The position numbers and the translations under genes were made by a program. Under the pieces are notes generated by a model. That model was given only the letters and a program-made list of their open reading frames with translations. It was not told where the DNA came from and searched no databases. Of a stretch of DNA of 64,000 bases, positions 27,292 through 36,167 are shown piece by piece. Every line of letters begins with the position of its first letter. The first letter of the stretch is position 1. The stretch is from assembly GCA_964437115.1 (NCBI GenBank), contig CAYTFE010000005.1, positions 34,966 through 98,965 on the forward strand. The letters are read 5' to 3'. The DNA comes from an uncultured Fibrobacteraceae bacterium (GTDB lineage: Bacteria > Krumholzibacteriota > Krumholzibacteriia > LZORAL124-64-63).

Positions 27292-29628
27292 ATGACCTTT
27301 CGCAAGATAACTTTGTTAGTGATGGCACTGGCGGTCCTGGTTTCAGGCTGTGGTCGTGAAGACCTTTTCGAGTTGCCACATACTCCACTTCATCAAATCA
27401 GTTTTATTGAAATGCCTTCAAGTTGTGATGGCATTACATCGATGGGTAACTACGCCTATGTTGCTGGTGGCGAAGCAGGACTTGAAGTTCTGGACATCAC
27501 TGATCCAGCCAATCCTGAGCTGATTGCAATTTACGATACCAATAAATACGGTGAAGGTATTGAAGTGGTTCGTATTATGGATAACGACCAGCTTTGGGAT
27601 GTTGCAGTTGTTGTTGAAGCAACTGAAGGTCTGTCTACATACGATATTACCGATCCTGCAAATCCTGTTTCTTTTGAGCAGGGTGGTGGTGCTTATGATG
27701 CACAAAAAATCTTCATCGAACCAGGTGATGATCCTGGTGATCCATACATTCTTTACATGGCAGACAGCTGGCGTGGACTTCGGATATTCCGATCAGTTCC
27801 TGGCACACCAGGAGCACACACTCAGTTGCTGAATGCTGAAGAACCTCGTGGTTACACCAAAGATGTTGTTGTAAAAGATGGCGTTGCTTATGTGGTGGAA
27901 AACGAGATGGGTGTAGCGGTTTACGATGTTTCAGATCCTGACTTTCCTGAGCTTCTTCCACAATGGACAGATACTTATGGTAATGCGTTGGGTATCGATA
28001 TTGCAGGAAACTATATATACATCGCCGATGGTGTTGAAGGTATCGTAATTATGAAAATCAACGGCACTGATGCTCCTGAAATTGTGGCATCGATTGATCT
28101 ACCGGCATATAGCAGAAGTATTACGGTTCGCAACGGTTGGGCACTGCTTGCTGCAAGCGATGGCGGAGTTCACGTTGTTGACGTAGCTGATCCGGAAAAT
28201 CCTGTTTACTCAGGTACAGTTGAAGCCGGTTTTGCACTGGACTTGTGTGTAACTGACAGCGGTCATGTTCTGGTTGCTGATCGTGACGATGGAATTTTTG
28301 TACTTGGCGGCCTGGATCTGGTTGTCGACACAACAGCACCTGCAAAAATCAATTCTCTGGAAGCTGAAGCGCTGAGTTTTACAGAAGTTGAGCTCAACTG
28401 GTTTGCAACCGGCGATGACGGGTTGCACGGCAGAGCGACAAGTTACCAGATCAGATATCTTGATACTCCTATAGAAAACGATGCTGACTGGGAAGCTGCA
28501 ACAGTAGTTGAAAATGTGCCAACTCCGGAAGTTCCTGGAGTAAATGAGACTATGGTTATCGACATGTTTTCTGCTGGTCAAACCTTGAACTTCTGTGTTC
28601 GCGCAATGGATGATCAAGGGTACTTGTCACCTATTGGCAATAGTTATGAAGTTGTAATGCCTGAAGGTATTTTGCTTCTTGGTGGTGTCGATCAGGACGT
28701 AGCTCCTGCTCAACATGAATTTGTTTTTGAAGTAGTCTATTTCAATTCTGAATCTCGTGACCCGGATACTGCCAACCTTTATGTTGGTGCTAGCATTTAT
28801 GATATGGAATACATCGAGGGCGATAATTTTACCGGCGCAACTTACCGTAAGTCGCTCTTCATGGATCTTGGCCAATACAATTACTTTTTTGGATTCAACG
28901 ATGGCCAGGGATTCTCTTCACAAACAGAGATACAACAAGTATCAGTTCTGACTCGATTCTTCTATGAAATGGGAAGTCCTCTGGAAGAAGAGGGTCGCAA
29001 CGATGATGAAGTTCTGCACACAGCAGGACTTCGTGACTCACTTGTCTGTTCTCCATACGAAGTAACTCAGGCAGAGTGGGTGGCAGTGGGAATGACCAAC
29101 AACTCAAATTTTGTTGGCGACAACCTGCCTGTTGAAACAGTGACCTGGGCTGAGGCTCTTGAGTATTGTAACGCTCGGTCTGTTGCTGATGGACTTACTC
29201 CTGTGTATGACGGAACTGACTGGAACAGAAATGCCGATGGTTGGAGACTACCAACTGAAGCAGAGTGGGAGTACCTGTGCAGAGCAGGTTCTGAAACTCC
29301 TTACAATGGTGAAGATTTGGACAATCTTGGTTGGCACGATGGTAACTCAGGATTCCAGACTCATCCTGTCGGCGAAAAAAGTCCCAATGCATGGGGACTT
29401 TATGACATGCACGGTAATGTTCGTGAATGGTGCTGGGACTGGTACGGAGATTACACAGAAGGCATAGAACTTGATCCAACCGGCCCACAAACAGGTGTTC
29501 AAAAAGTAGTTCGTGGCGGGAGCTGGCATTATCTGGCAAGAGAGTGCAGAAGTGCAGCTCGTGGTGTTTATTACCCGGGATCAGCAGATGATTTCATCGG
29601 CCTCCGAGTAGTTCGAAGCGTTCAATAG
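27292..29628 (+). CDS. Lipoprotein with LVIVD repeats, Fn3-like domain and C-terminal SUMF1/EgtB/PvdO (FGE-sulfatase) domain
   Basis: Lipobox LVSGC; 'YAYVAGGEAGLEVLDITDP' repeats; 'WFATGDDG...YQIRY'; 'RLPTEAEWEY', 'PNAWGLYDMHGNVREW', 'VVRGGSW'. Confidence 0.88.
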   Translation: MTFRKITLLVMALAVLVSGCGREDLFELPHTPLHQISFIEMPSSCDGITSMGNYAYVAGGEAGLEVLDITDPANPELIAIYDTNKYGEGIEVVRIMDNDQLWDVAVVVEATEGLSTYDITDPANPVSFEQGGGAYDAQKIFIEPGDDPGDPYILYMADSWRGLRIFRSVPGTPGAHTQLLNAEEPRGYTKDVVVKDGVAYVVENEMGVAVYDVSDPDFPELLPQWTDTYGNALGIDIAGNYIYIADGVEGIVIMKINGTDAPEIVASIDLPAYSRSITVRNGWALLAASDGGVHVVDVADPENPVYSGTVEAGFALDLCVTDSGHVLVADRDDGIFVLGGLDLVVDTTAPAKINSLEAEALSFTEVELNWFATGDDGLHGRATSYQIRYLDTPIENDADWEAATVVENVPTPEVPGVNETMVIDMFSAGQTLNFCVRAMDDQGYLSPIGNSYEVVMPEGILLLGGVDQDVAPAQHEFVFEVVYFNSESRDPDTANLYVGASIYDMEYIEGDNFTGATYRKSLFMDLGQYNYFFGFNDGQGFSSQTEIQQVSVLTRFFYEMGSPLEEEGRNDDEVLHTAGLRDSLVCSPYEVTQAEWVAVGMTNNSNFVGDNLPVETVTWAEALEYCNARSVADGLTPVYDGTDWNRNADGWRLPTEAEWEYLCRAGSETPYNGEDLDNLGWHDGNSGFQTHPVGEKSPNAWGLYDMHGNVREWCWDWYGDYTEGIELDPTGPQTGVQKVVRGGSWHYLARECRSAARGVYYPGSADDFIGLRVVRSVQ

Positions 29629-29636
29629 GAGAGTCA

Positions 29637-30722
29637 ATGCGATTTACATTCATAGATCGGTTCCGTGGTCTGATTGGTGTCATGATGGCACTTGGTCACA
29701 GCAATTATTATTTCAATGCTGCGTGGCTGAGCCTGGATCCGCTTGATCCATTTTTCGATAACACCGGTCAGTTCTGGTTACGATACATGGGCTATCTCTG
29801 TGCTCCAGGTTTTCTGGCAATGAATGGCGCAATGGTTTACTGGGCCTACAAACGACGTATCACTCACGGCCTGTCACATGCACAAGCATCGTGGGAACTG
29901 ATTCAGCGTGGACTGTTCCTGATTGTAATGCAACTTGTCTGGGTTAACTCAAGTTGGAGTGGATTGGCCAGACTGAGACTTGCTCACTTTGGTATTATTG
30001 CAACCATCGGTGTGTCAATGATATTGCTGACTCTGATTGTTCGATGGAAATGGTGGCAACGCGCAATTCTGGCAGCTGCCCTTTTCATTGGCCAACCGTT
30101 CCTGCTGAAAATCAGTTACGATATTGATGGCCCCTGGCATTATCTGAACCAGTTTCTTTTCGATGCCGGAGACTTCAACAAATACCCGGTTTTGCCCTGG
30201 TTCGCATTAGCAGTTGTGGGTAGCATCATGGCTCACTTCTGGTTTGAGAAATGGCAGACCGACAGTGAACGAGCTAACAAGAGTATGTTGATTGGCCTTG
30301 GTCTGACAGCCCTTGCTTTGATAGTCAGACTTGGCAACGGCTTTGGAAATCTGTTTGAAACAGGCGACTTTATGAGCTGGTCATTCATGCTTGTTCAAAA
30401 ATACCCACCGACACTTGTTCATCAACTCTGGTTAAGTGGCGCAGTGATTTTCTTTGTCGGCCTGATGTGCAGAATCGGAATTCATTCCAATATTTTTGCA
30501 TTCCTTGGTATAGTTGGTAAAGTGCCGCTGTTCTTTTACGCAGTGCATATTCCATTGCTTGCAATCTTTGCAAAACGGATGGGATATTTTTATCGCGAAG
30601 GTGCCGTTAAAGAATCACTGATTGGCTGGGTCATACTGGTTGCAATTATGTTGCCGCTTGCTTACGGGTTTGCAAAAGTTAAAAAGAAGTACAGGAAAAA
30701 CTGGTTTATCAGGATGATTTAA
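29637..30722 (+). CDS. DUF1624/HGSNAT-like membrane acyltransferase
   Basis: 'IDRFRGLIGVMMALGH', 'LCAPGF', 'YPVLPW', 'QKYPPTL', 'LFFYAVH'; multi-TM. Confidence 0.85.
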   Translation: MRFTFIDRFRGLIGVMMALGHSNYYFNAAWLSLDPLDPFFDNTGQFWLRYMGYLCAPGFLAMNGAMVYWAYKRRITHGLSHAQASWELIQRGLFLIVMQLVWVNSSWSGLARLRLAHFGIIATIGVSMILLTLIVRWKWWQRAILAAALFIGQPFLLKISYDIDGPWHYLNQFLFDAGDFNKYPVLPWFALAVVGSIMAHFWFEKWQTDSERANKSMLIGLGLTALALIVRLGNGFGNLFETGDFMSWSFMLVQKYPPTLVHQLWLSGAVIFFVGLMCRIGIHSNIFAFLGIVGKVPLFFYAVHIPLLAIFAKRMGYFYREGAVKESLIGWVILVAIMLPLAYGFAKVKKKYRKNWFIRMI

Positions 30723-30874
30723 ATGTGTTGCAGAGCTGGTATTGAAAGATGATATACCCATGACAGTAGCTTCTGGCAGGGTTTGAAATCGCAATTATGC
30801 AAAGTATTTTTGCAGTGATACAAGATGTGATTGTAGTGATTTATTTGGCGTAACTTTGCTTACTACATAATGAT

Positions 30875-30905
30875 ACCACTGGTTGTGATGGCCGGTGGTT
30901 TTTTC
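30875..30905 (+). terminator. Intrinsic terminator closing the pgs operon
   Basis: ACCACTGG-loop-CCGGTGGT followed by a T tract. Confidence 0.6.
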
Positions 30906-30998
30906 TACTCTATAATATTATTCAAAAACTCGGTTTTTTTTTGTTCCCTATGCGGAAGTATGTATTGATAATTATTTATTGGAAATTGGAGGCTCGAA

Positions 30999-33758
30999 AT
31001 GAAAAATCTCTCTTATGCTATTCTTTTCGTGATGCTTTTATCTTCTGGGGCTGTTTGTGAGCAGTGGATTGAGGATAATGTTTTGATAAAATTTGAAGAG
31101 GGTTTTTTAGAACCTGCACTTTCAGACATTCAACTATTATATAATGTTGAGCTAACAAAATCTCTAGGAGATGATGTATATAAGTTAGTACTACCTATAG
31201 AGTCAGACGAAGTTCAAGTCATGGAAGACATCAAATCACTATGGTCTGCTGAAATAGTATTTGTTGATTTGAATTATTATCATACGATTGATTTTGGCGG
31301 CAGGTCCTCAAATACAATAGATCCGTTACCGGTTGATTGGGAATTTCCATTTTCCTGTTCTGAAACATCACAAGAACAGTGGGGGCTGGCTGATAATTTA
31401 TTGAATGTGTGTGATGCTTGGGAGTGTACAAAAGGAACTAGTGATGTAGTTGTGATTGTGATTGATGCTGGAGTTAATAGAAATCATTTAGAGTTACAGC
31501 CGTATGGCAGAGTGCCTATGGAGGGAATATCTTTTTCAGACCAAGAGTGGTTTCATGATCTTAGCGGCCATGGGACGGCAATAGCAAGTATTATTTGGGC
31601 AAATCATGATGAATACGGAATAAGCGGAGTGGCTCCTAATGTACGGTTGTGGTCTTGGCAAGTTGGAATACCAGGTACTCAATATGAAGCTCAATACCCG
31701 AGTGATTTATTTATAACCGCTTTAGATACTCTAGATGCAATATCTCAAGAAAATTGTGATACTAATTTTATTGTTAATATCTCCATTGATTATGGATCTA
31801 CAATAAATAGTAATACTGCAAATATTATTCGTGAGAAAATGGAATCAATTGTTACCAACAGTGGGAATGTGCTTTTTGTTGCTGCTAGTGGGCAAGATAA
31901 TAGTTGGCGCCCGGGTGATGAACATTTAATAATCGGCAGAGTTGTTGTTCCAGCTTCTTTTTCTGGAGCTGGAGATCAGTTAGGCAACTTCTATTCTCAA
32001 GAGGTTGATAACAATACAATTGCAGTAACTTCTATTACTGCTTCTTCTTCATGGTTTGAGCCATTTGGTTGTAATACTTATGATTACAATCTTGTGGCAC
32101 CATTCAATCAAAATTGGGCTTATGCTCTTGGGGGTGAGTCAGGAACGGCTATTGATACTTGTAGTGTGATTGTTGACTGTGTTGCTCCCGGTGGTGGCCA
32201 CGCTTGGCTCAATCCTCCATATTCAGTTGAAATCAATGGAATTGGAGTTTATGTAGCTGATTTCGAGGGTGGTCATTATTGGAAAACTGGTAATTCTCTT
32301 GCAGCTCCTCATGTTGCTGGCGTTGCCGCTTTGGTGTGGTCCCTTACTCCAGGAATGAATGCAGATGTAGTAAAAGACATTATTCGGAGATCTAGTAATA
32401 GATCCTATATTAATTATAAAGATGATTTTAGTCATAGTCACGAATGTGTTTTTCATGGTATTTCATTGCACAAAGATCATGAGTTTGTATCAAGTTATGA
32501 GGATAATTGCCCTCATCCTGAACCAGTAATAGAAGGAGGATGGACACCGGGTGTGTCTTCAACAGGGAGGAGTCAGTCTTACTTGGATAATTATTCTAGT
32601 GTAGTGATGGGCTCAGGAATGGTAGACGCGTATATGGCCGTTTTGGCTGCTGAATATCAAAAAACATTCCTCATGTATTCAGGTGGAATTATTGATGAGC
32701 CTATTGTGATTAACGATGTAAGAGCAATATATCTATTCGGTGATATGCTTATTGAAAATGGCGGTTCTTTACGCTTATACCCGCCAGACGGGGTTTCTGA
32801 TGTTCGTATTATTGTTATGGATGTAGATGAAAATGATATATTTGGAAATGAGTTAATTAGCATTCATGTTGGTGATGGCGGCAGCATTACGTGTGATGGT
32901 GATATTTATTTTTATTCAGAACATGGTCCTGCTTCTACAGATCAAACATGGGAAGGCCTTGTATTAGAACAGGGTTCTGCGGTTAGTATTACTGGAGACA
33001 ATTTTATCAAAATCAGAAATTCCAATATCGGCCTACAGGATGAGGGGGGTCATACTATATCTAATCCGGTTTATATTGAGGATTGTGGATTTGGTTTATC
33101 AATTTCAGGAGATTCAGTTTATTCAGATATTCATGTCAGCGATTGCGATTTTGGGGTAGAAATCTCTAATAGTAACATAAGTCCTGAATTGACAGGTATT
33201 ATCGAGGATATAAGTGTTGGAATCCTTATTAACAGCAAAAATGAGATTTTCTTGAATTTGAAAAATTTAGAATGCACAGGAGGCTATTATGGGGTGAATG
33301 TTTTGAATGGAAATAATATTACTATTAAAAATGGTTATTTTGAAGGCTCAACTATACATGGTATTTATGCTATGAATTCAACAGGAGTTGTTCTAACAGA
33401 TATTGAAATTAGAGATGTTTCACAGGATGGAGTAAGACTTGATTCAAGTATTGCTCAATTGAAAGCTTTGTCGTTGATAGATAATTCTATAATAGCAGTA
33501 TCTTGTTTTGGCACCAGCGAAGTATCCATGAGTGATTGTATAATATCAGGAGGTTCTAACGGGCTGGCTGTTTTTGATTCATCGATAGCAGATCTTGAGT
33601 CTGATGGTGGAGATAACGTAATGAGTGATGTTAGTTATTATTTTGTCACAAATTTGAATTCACCAGAATGTATTCCTGCACAAGGTAATATATGGAACAG
33701 ACATTCATGTATTGACCCTTCCAAGAAATTGGGATGTGTTGATGATGGCTGTCAATAG
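30999..33758 (+). CDS. S8 subtilase-like protein with C-terminal beta-helix region (atypical active-site motifs)
   Basis: Signal peptide; VIDAGV (Asp), HGTAIASII (His), GNSLAAPHVAG (Ser); beta-helix-like repeats at the C-terminus; no CTD. Confidence 0.8.
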   Translation: MKNLSYAILFVMLLSSGAVCEQWIEDNVLIKFEEGFLEPALSDIQLLYNVELTKSLGDDVYKLVLPIESDEVQVMEDIKSLWSAEIVFVDLNYYHTIDFGGRSSNTIDPLPVDWEFPFSCSETSQEQWGLADNLLNVCDAWECTKGTSDVVVIVIDAGVNRNHLELQPYGRVPMEGISFSDQEWFHDLSGHGTAIASIIWANHDEYGISGVAPNVRLWSWQVGIPGTQYEAQYPSDLFITALDTLDAISQENCDTNFIVNISIDYGSTINSNTANIIREKMESIVTNSGNVLFVAASGQDNSWRPGDEHLIIGRVVVPASFSGAGDQLGNFYSQEVDNNTIAVTSITASSSWFEPFGCNTYDYNLVAPFNQNWAYALGGESGTAIDTCSVIVDCVAPGGGHAWLNPPYSVEINGIGVYVADFEGGHYWKTGNSLAAPHVAGVAALVWSLTPGMNADVVKDIIRRSSNRSYINYKDDFSHSHECVFHGISLHKDHEFVSSYEDNCPHPEPVIEGGWTPGVSSTGRSQSYLDNYSSVVMGSGMVDAYMAVLAAEYQKTFLMYSGGIIDEPIVINDVRAIYLFGDMLIENGGSLRLYPPDGVSDVRIIVMDVDENDIFGNELISIHVGDGGSITCDGDIYFYSEHGPASTDQTWEGLVLEQGSAVSITGDNFIKIRNSNIGLQDEGGHTISNPVYIEDCGFGLSISGDSVYSDIHVSDCDFGVEISNSNISPELTGIIEDISVGILINSKNEIFLNLKNLECTGGYYGVNVLNGNNITIKNGYFEGSTIHGIYAMNSTGVVLTDIEIRDVSQDGVRLDSSIAQLKALSLIDNSIIAVSCFGTSEVSMSDCIISGGSNGLAVFDSSIADLESDGGDNVMSDVSYYFVTNLNSPECIPAQGNIWNRHSCIDPSKKLGCVDDGCQ

Positions 33759-33768
33759 GAGGAAAAGA

Positions 33769-34458
33769 ATGTTTAAGACTACAATACTATTACTAATGCT
33801 GTTTGTTGCAACATCTCTTTGGGCAATAACTATTACGCCGGCCAATTATCTTAATAATAGCGCTGTCTGTATTGACCTGGAGGATGATTATGAAGATTTT
33901 AGTGGAATACTAATTGTCGAGCTACCGCTATCTGTTTCCGATAGTGTTGAATATGGTGAAATGAGAGCAATTCGAGTTATTGCTGAAGGTTCAAGTGATT
34001 TAATTGAACAACTTGGGTGTATTGGAAGTAATACATATCCCATTGAGTTGAGTAACTATACTGACAGTCGTGTGTTTTTTGTATTCTCACCGGAAGCAGA
34101 TTTGAATCTTTCACAAGAGAGAGCAGAGATTGTAGTATTAGCTATGAACTTCAATAATGATGTTAATGAATTTATTATTGATCATAGTTGTAGTGGTGAT
34201 AATATAGATAAACCTGTTGCATTATTGGTTGTCAAAGATGGTAATATTTCACTTGCAGCAAATAGTGCTCAAAGTGACTATGCTGAATTATCTCTTTTTG
34301 ATATTCGTGGTCGTTTTGTTTCAAAGGTGACTAATGCAACAGGAGAAATATCAATGAATATCAATGAACATAGGTTGTCATCAGGTGTATATTTGTATAT
34401 TATCAATAATACAACTGGGGTTAAGGTTGCGTCTGGGAAGGTTGTTATAGTTCGATGA
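33769..34458 (+). CDS. Small secreted protein with T9SS-type CTD
   Basis: Start ATG 33769 behind AGGAGG; signal peptide; 'LSLFDIRGRFV...LSSGVYLYII...KVVIVR'. Confidence 0.78.
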   Translation: MFKTTILLLMLFVATSLWAITITPANYLNNSAVCIDLEDDYEDFSGILIVELPLSVSDSVEYGEMRAIRVIAEGSSDLIEQLGCIGSNTYPIELSNYTDSRVFFVFSPEADLNLSQERAEIVVLAMNFNNDVNEFIIDHSCSGDNIDKPVALLVVKDGNISLAANSAQSDYAELSLFDIRGRFVSKVTNATGEISMNINEHRLSSGVYLYIINNTTGVKVASGKVVIVR

Positions 34459-35003
34459 AAACTACAGGGTGCATAATATTTTTATTTGTCTCACATGTAA
34501 TGATTATTGATGCATTTGCTTTAACATTAGATGTGATTTCAGACGTGACAGTAGATACCCAGTGGATTGATTATTATTATTTCAGTCTTAATGAAGTATT
34601 GTCTGAGGTCACAGAAGTAAGACTAGTTGCTCATGTTAATATTGCAGAGGTGCCAGCAATTCATAGTGATGATTTAAACATGACACTTCCTTGGGGCTTT
34701 AGCCTTTATTGTGTAATTGATGGAGATTCTTGGGAGAGTATTGGGACAGAACAATATTTTCATTCAACCTCAAGTGGTGATTATTATGTTGATATTATTT
34801 TTAATGGTAACGAGGGATATGGATTTATGCTCGACTCTGAAGAGCTTCGCCTGATATCTGGTTTTTTACCATTGAGTAGACCTCCTGGGTGGAATTTTAT
34901 CACACACGGAGAGATTTATATCGATTATTTCACTTTGGAAATTAATGGTGTTCTTCCAACTGATGAGACATCAATGGGTCGACTTAAGTTGTTGTTTAGA
35001 TAA
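34455..35003 (+). CDS. Secreted hypothetical protein, tandem paralog 1 (tail GVLPTDETSMGRLKLLFR)
   Basis: Signal peptide; conserved SDVT...FSL..V.SEVT.VR core shared with the next two genes. Confidence 0.8.
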   Translation: MKTTGCIIFLFVSHVMIIDAFALTLDVISDVTVDTQWIDYYYFSLNEVLSEVTEVRLVAHVNIAEVPAIHSDDLNMTLPWGFSLYCVIDGDSWESIGTEQYFHSTSSGDYYVDIIFNGNEGYGFMLDSEELRLISGFLPLSRPPGWNFITHGEIYIDYFTLEINGVLPTDETSMGRLKLLFR

Positions 35004-35012
35004 TTAGCAAGA

Positions 35013-35585
35013 GTGAGGTTAGGCTCTGTGAAATTCGTAAGAATTATTATAACTATGTTAATGCTATCTATTTCGTTTGTCGCAGTTGCCTATGCTACTA
35101 CAGTTGAAGTGTTGTCGGATGTAACAATATATACTTCTTCTGGATATGGTCATGAGTTTTTCAGTCTTGATGGAGTTATGTCTGAAGTAACCGATGTTAG
35201 AGTGGTAACTCATATTAATGTGATACATCTTCCAACAATTATTAACCCTGAGACAGGTGAAGTTCTACAATGCGGCATTAAATTAGGCTGTGGGATTTCC
35301 AGGGAAGTATCTCCATACCCAGCAATTGGTGAATCTGTAGAGTTTTATTCATTGGGAGAGATGTCTGTGGATATGGAAATGTCCGGTTACTGGGGTTATG
35401 ACTTTATGACTCTAGGATATGTTCTTGATGCATCGGTCAGGTTCAGCAGTGTATCGCCTTATGTGAATGGTTGGTATCCTTATGATGTTGGAGAAGTCTA
35501 TGTTGATCACATAGATTTCGTAGTTGATGGTGTGTTACCAACTGAGCAAACATCCTTTGGTGGTGTAAAGATGTTATTCAGATAG
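35013..35585 (+). CDS. Secreted hypothetical protein, tandem paralog 2 (tail GVLPTEQTSFGGVKMLFR)
   Basis: Same core and tail. GTG start; an alternative GTG lies a few codons downstream. Confidence 0.8.
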   Translation: MRLGSVKFVRIIITMLMLSISFVAVAYATTVEVLSDVTIYTSSGYGHEFFSLDGVMSEVTDVRVVTHINVIHLPTIINPETGEVLQCGIKLGCGISREVSPYPAIGESVEFYSLGEMSVDMEMSGYWGYDFMTLGYVLDASVRFSSVSPYVNGWYPYDVGEVYVDHIDFVVDGVLPTEQTSFGGVKMLFR

Positions 35586-35608
35586 CTTCTTTATGGAGGT
35601 ACGTTTCA

Positions 35609-36166
35609 ATGAAAACAGCTAACAGCATAATTCTTTCAATATTGATATCGCTTGTTCTATGTGTTGATACTTCTGCTTTAACAATGGAAGTAGCTTCGGA
35701 TGTTACTCAAAATGCTTTATGGTCAGAATCTACATATTTCAGTCTTGATGGAGTAATGTCAGAGGTAACAGAAGTCAGGCTCATTGCTCATATTGATATT
35801 ATAGAACTTCCTACAATACGCAACTACGAGCTGAATGAGACACTTCCCTGGTACTTAATTATTAGTAGTATAATTTGGATAAATTCCAGCAGAGGATTTG
35901 TTTCTGCAAGTCAGACTTTTACCCCCGATTCAAATGGTGAATACTATGTCGATATTGTTTTTGAAGGTGGTTCTGGTTATGAATTTATGACTGAAGTGCC
36001 AGAGATACAGTTATTGACTTTTTTTGATGCTCTTCTTCCAGGGGATCCTAATTGGCAAATTGAAACTTATGGTGAGATTTACATCGATTATATAACTGTA
36101 GAAATTGATGGTGTACTACCAACCACGCATACATCCTTCGGTGGTGTGAAGGCGTTATTCAGGTAG
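35609..36166 (+). CDS. Secreted hypothetical protein, tandem paralog 3 (tail GVLPTTHTSFGGVKALFR)
   Basis: GGAGG RBS; same core and tail. Confidence 0.8.
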   Translation: MKTANSIILSILISLVLCVDTSALTMEVASDVTQNALWSESTYFSLDGVMSEVTEVRLIAHIDIIELPTIRNYELNETLPWYLIISSIIWINSSRGFVSASQTFTPDSNGEYYVDIVFEGGSGYEFMTEVPEIQLLTFFDALLPGDPNWQIETYGEIYIDYITVEIDGVLPTTHTSFGGVKALFR

Positions 36167-36167
36167 C

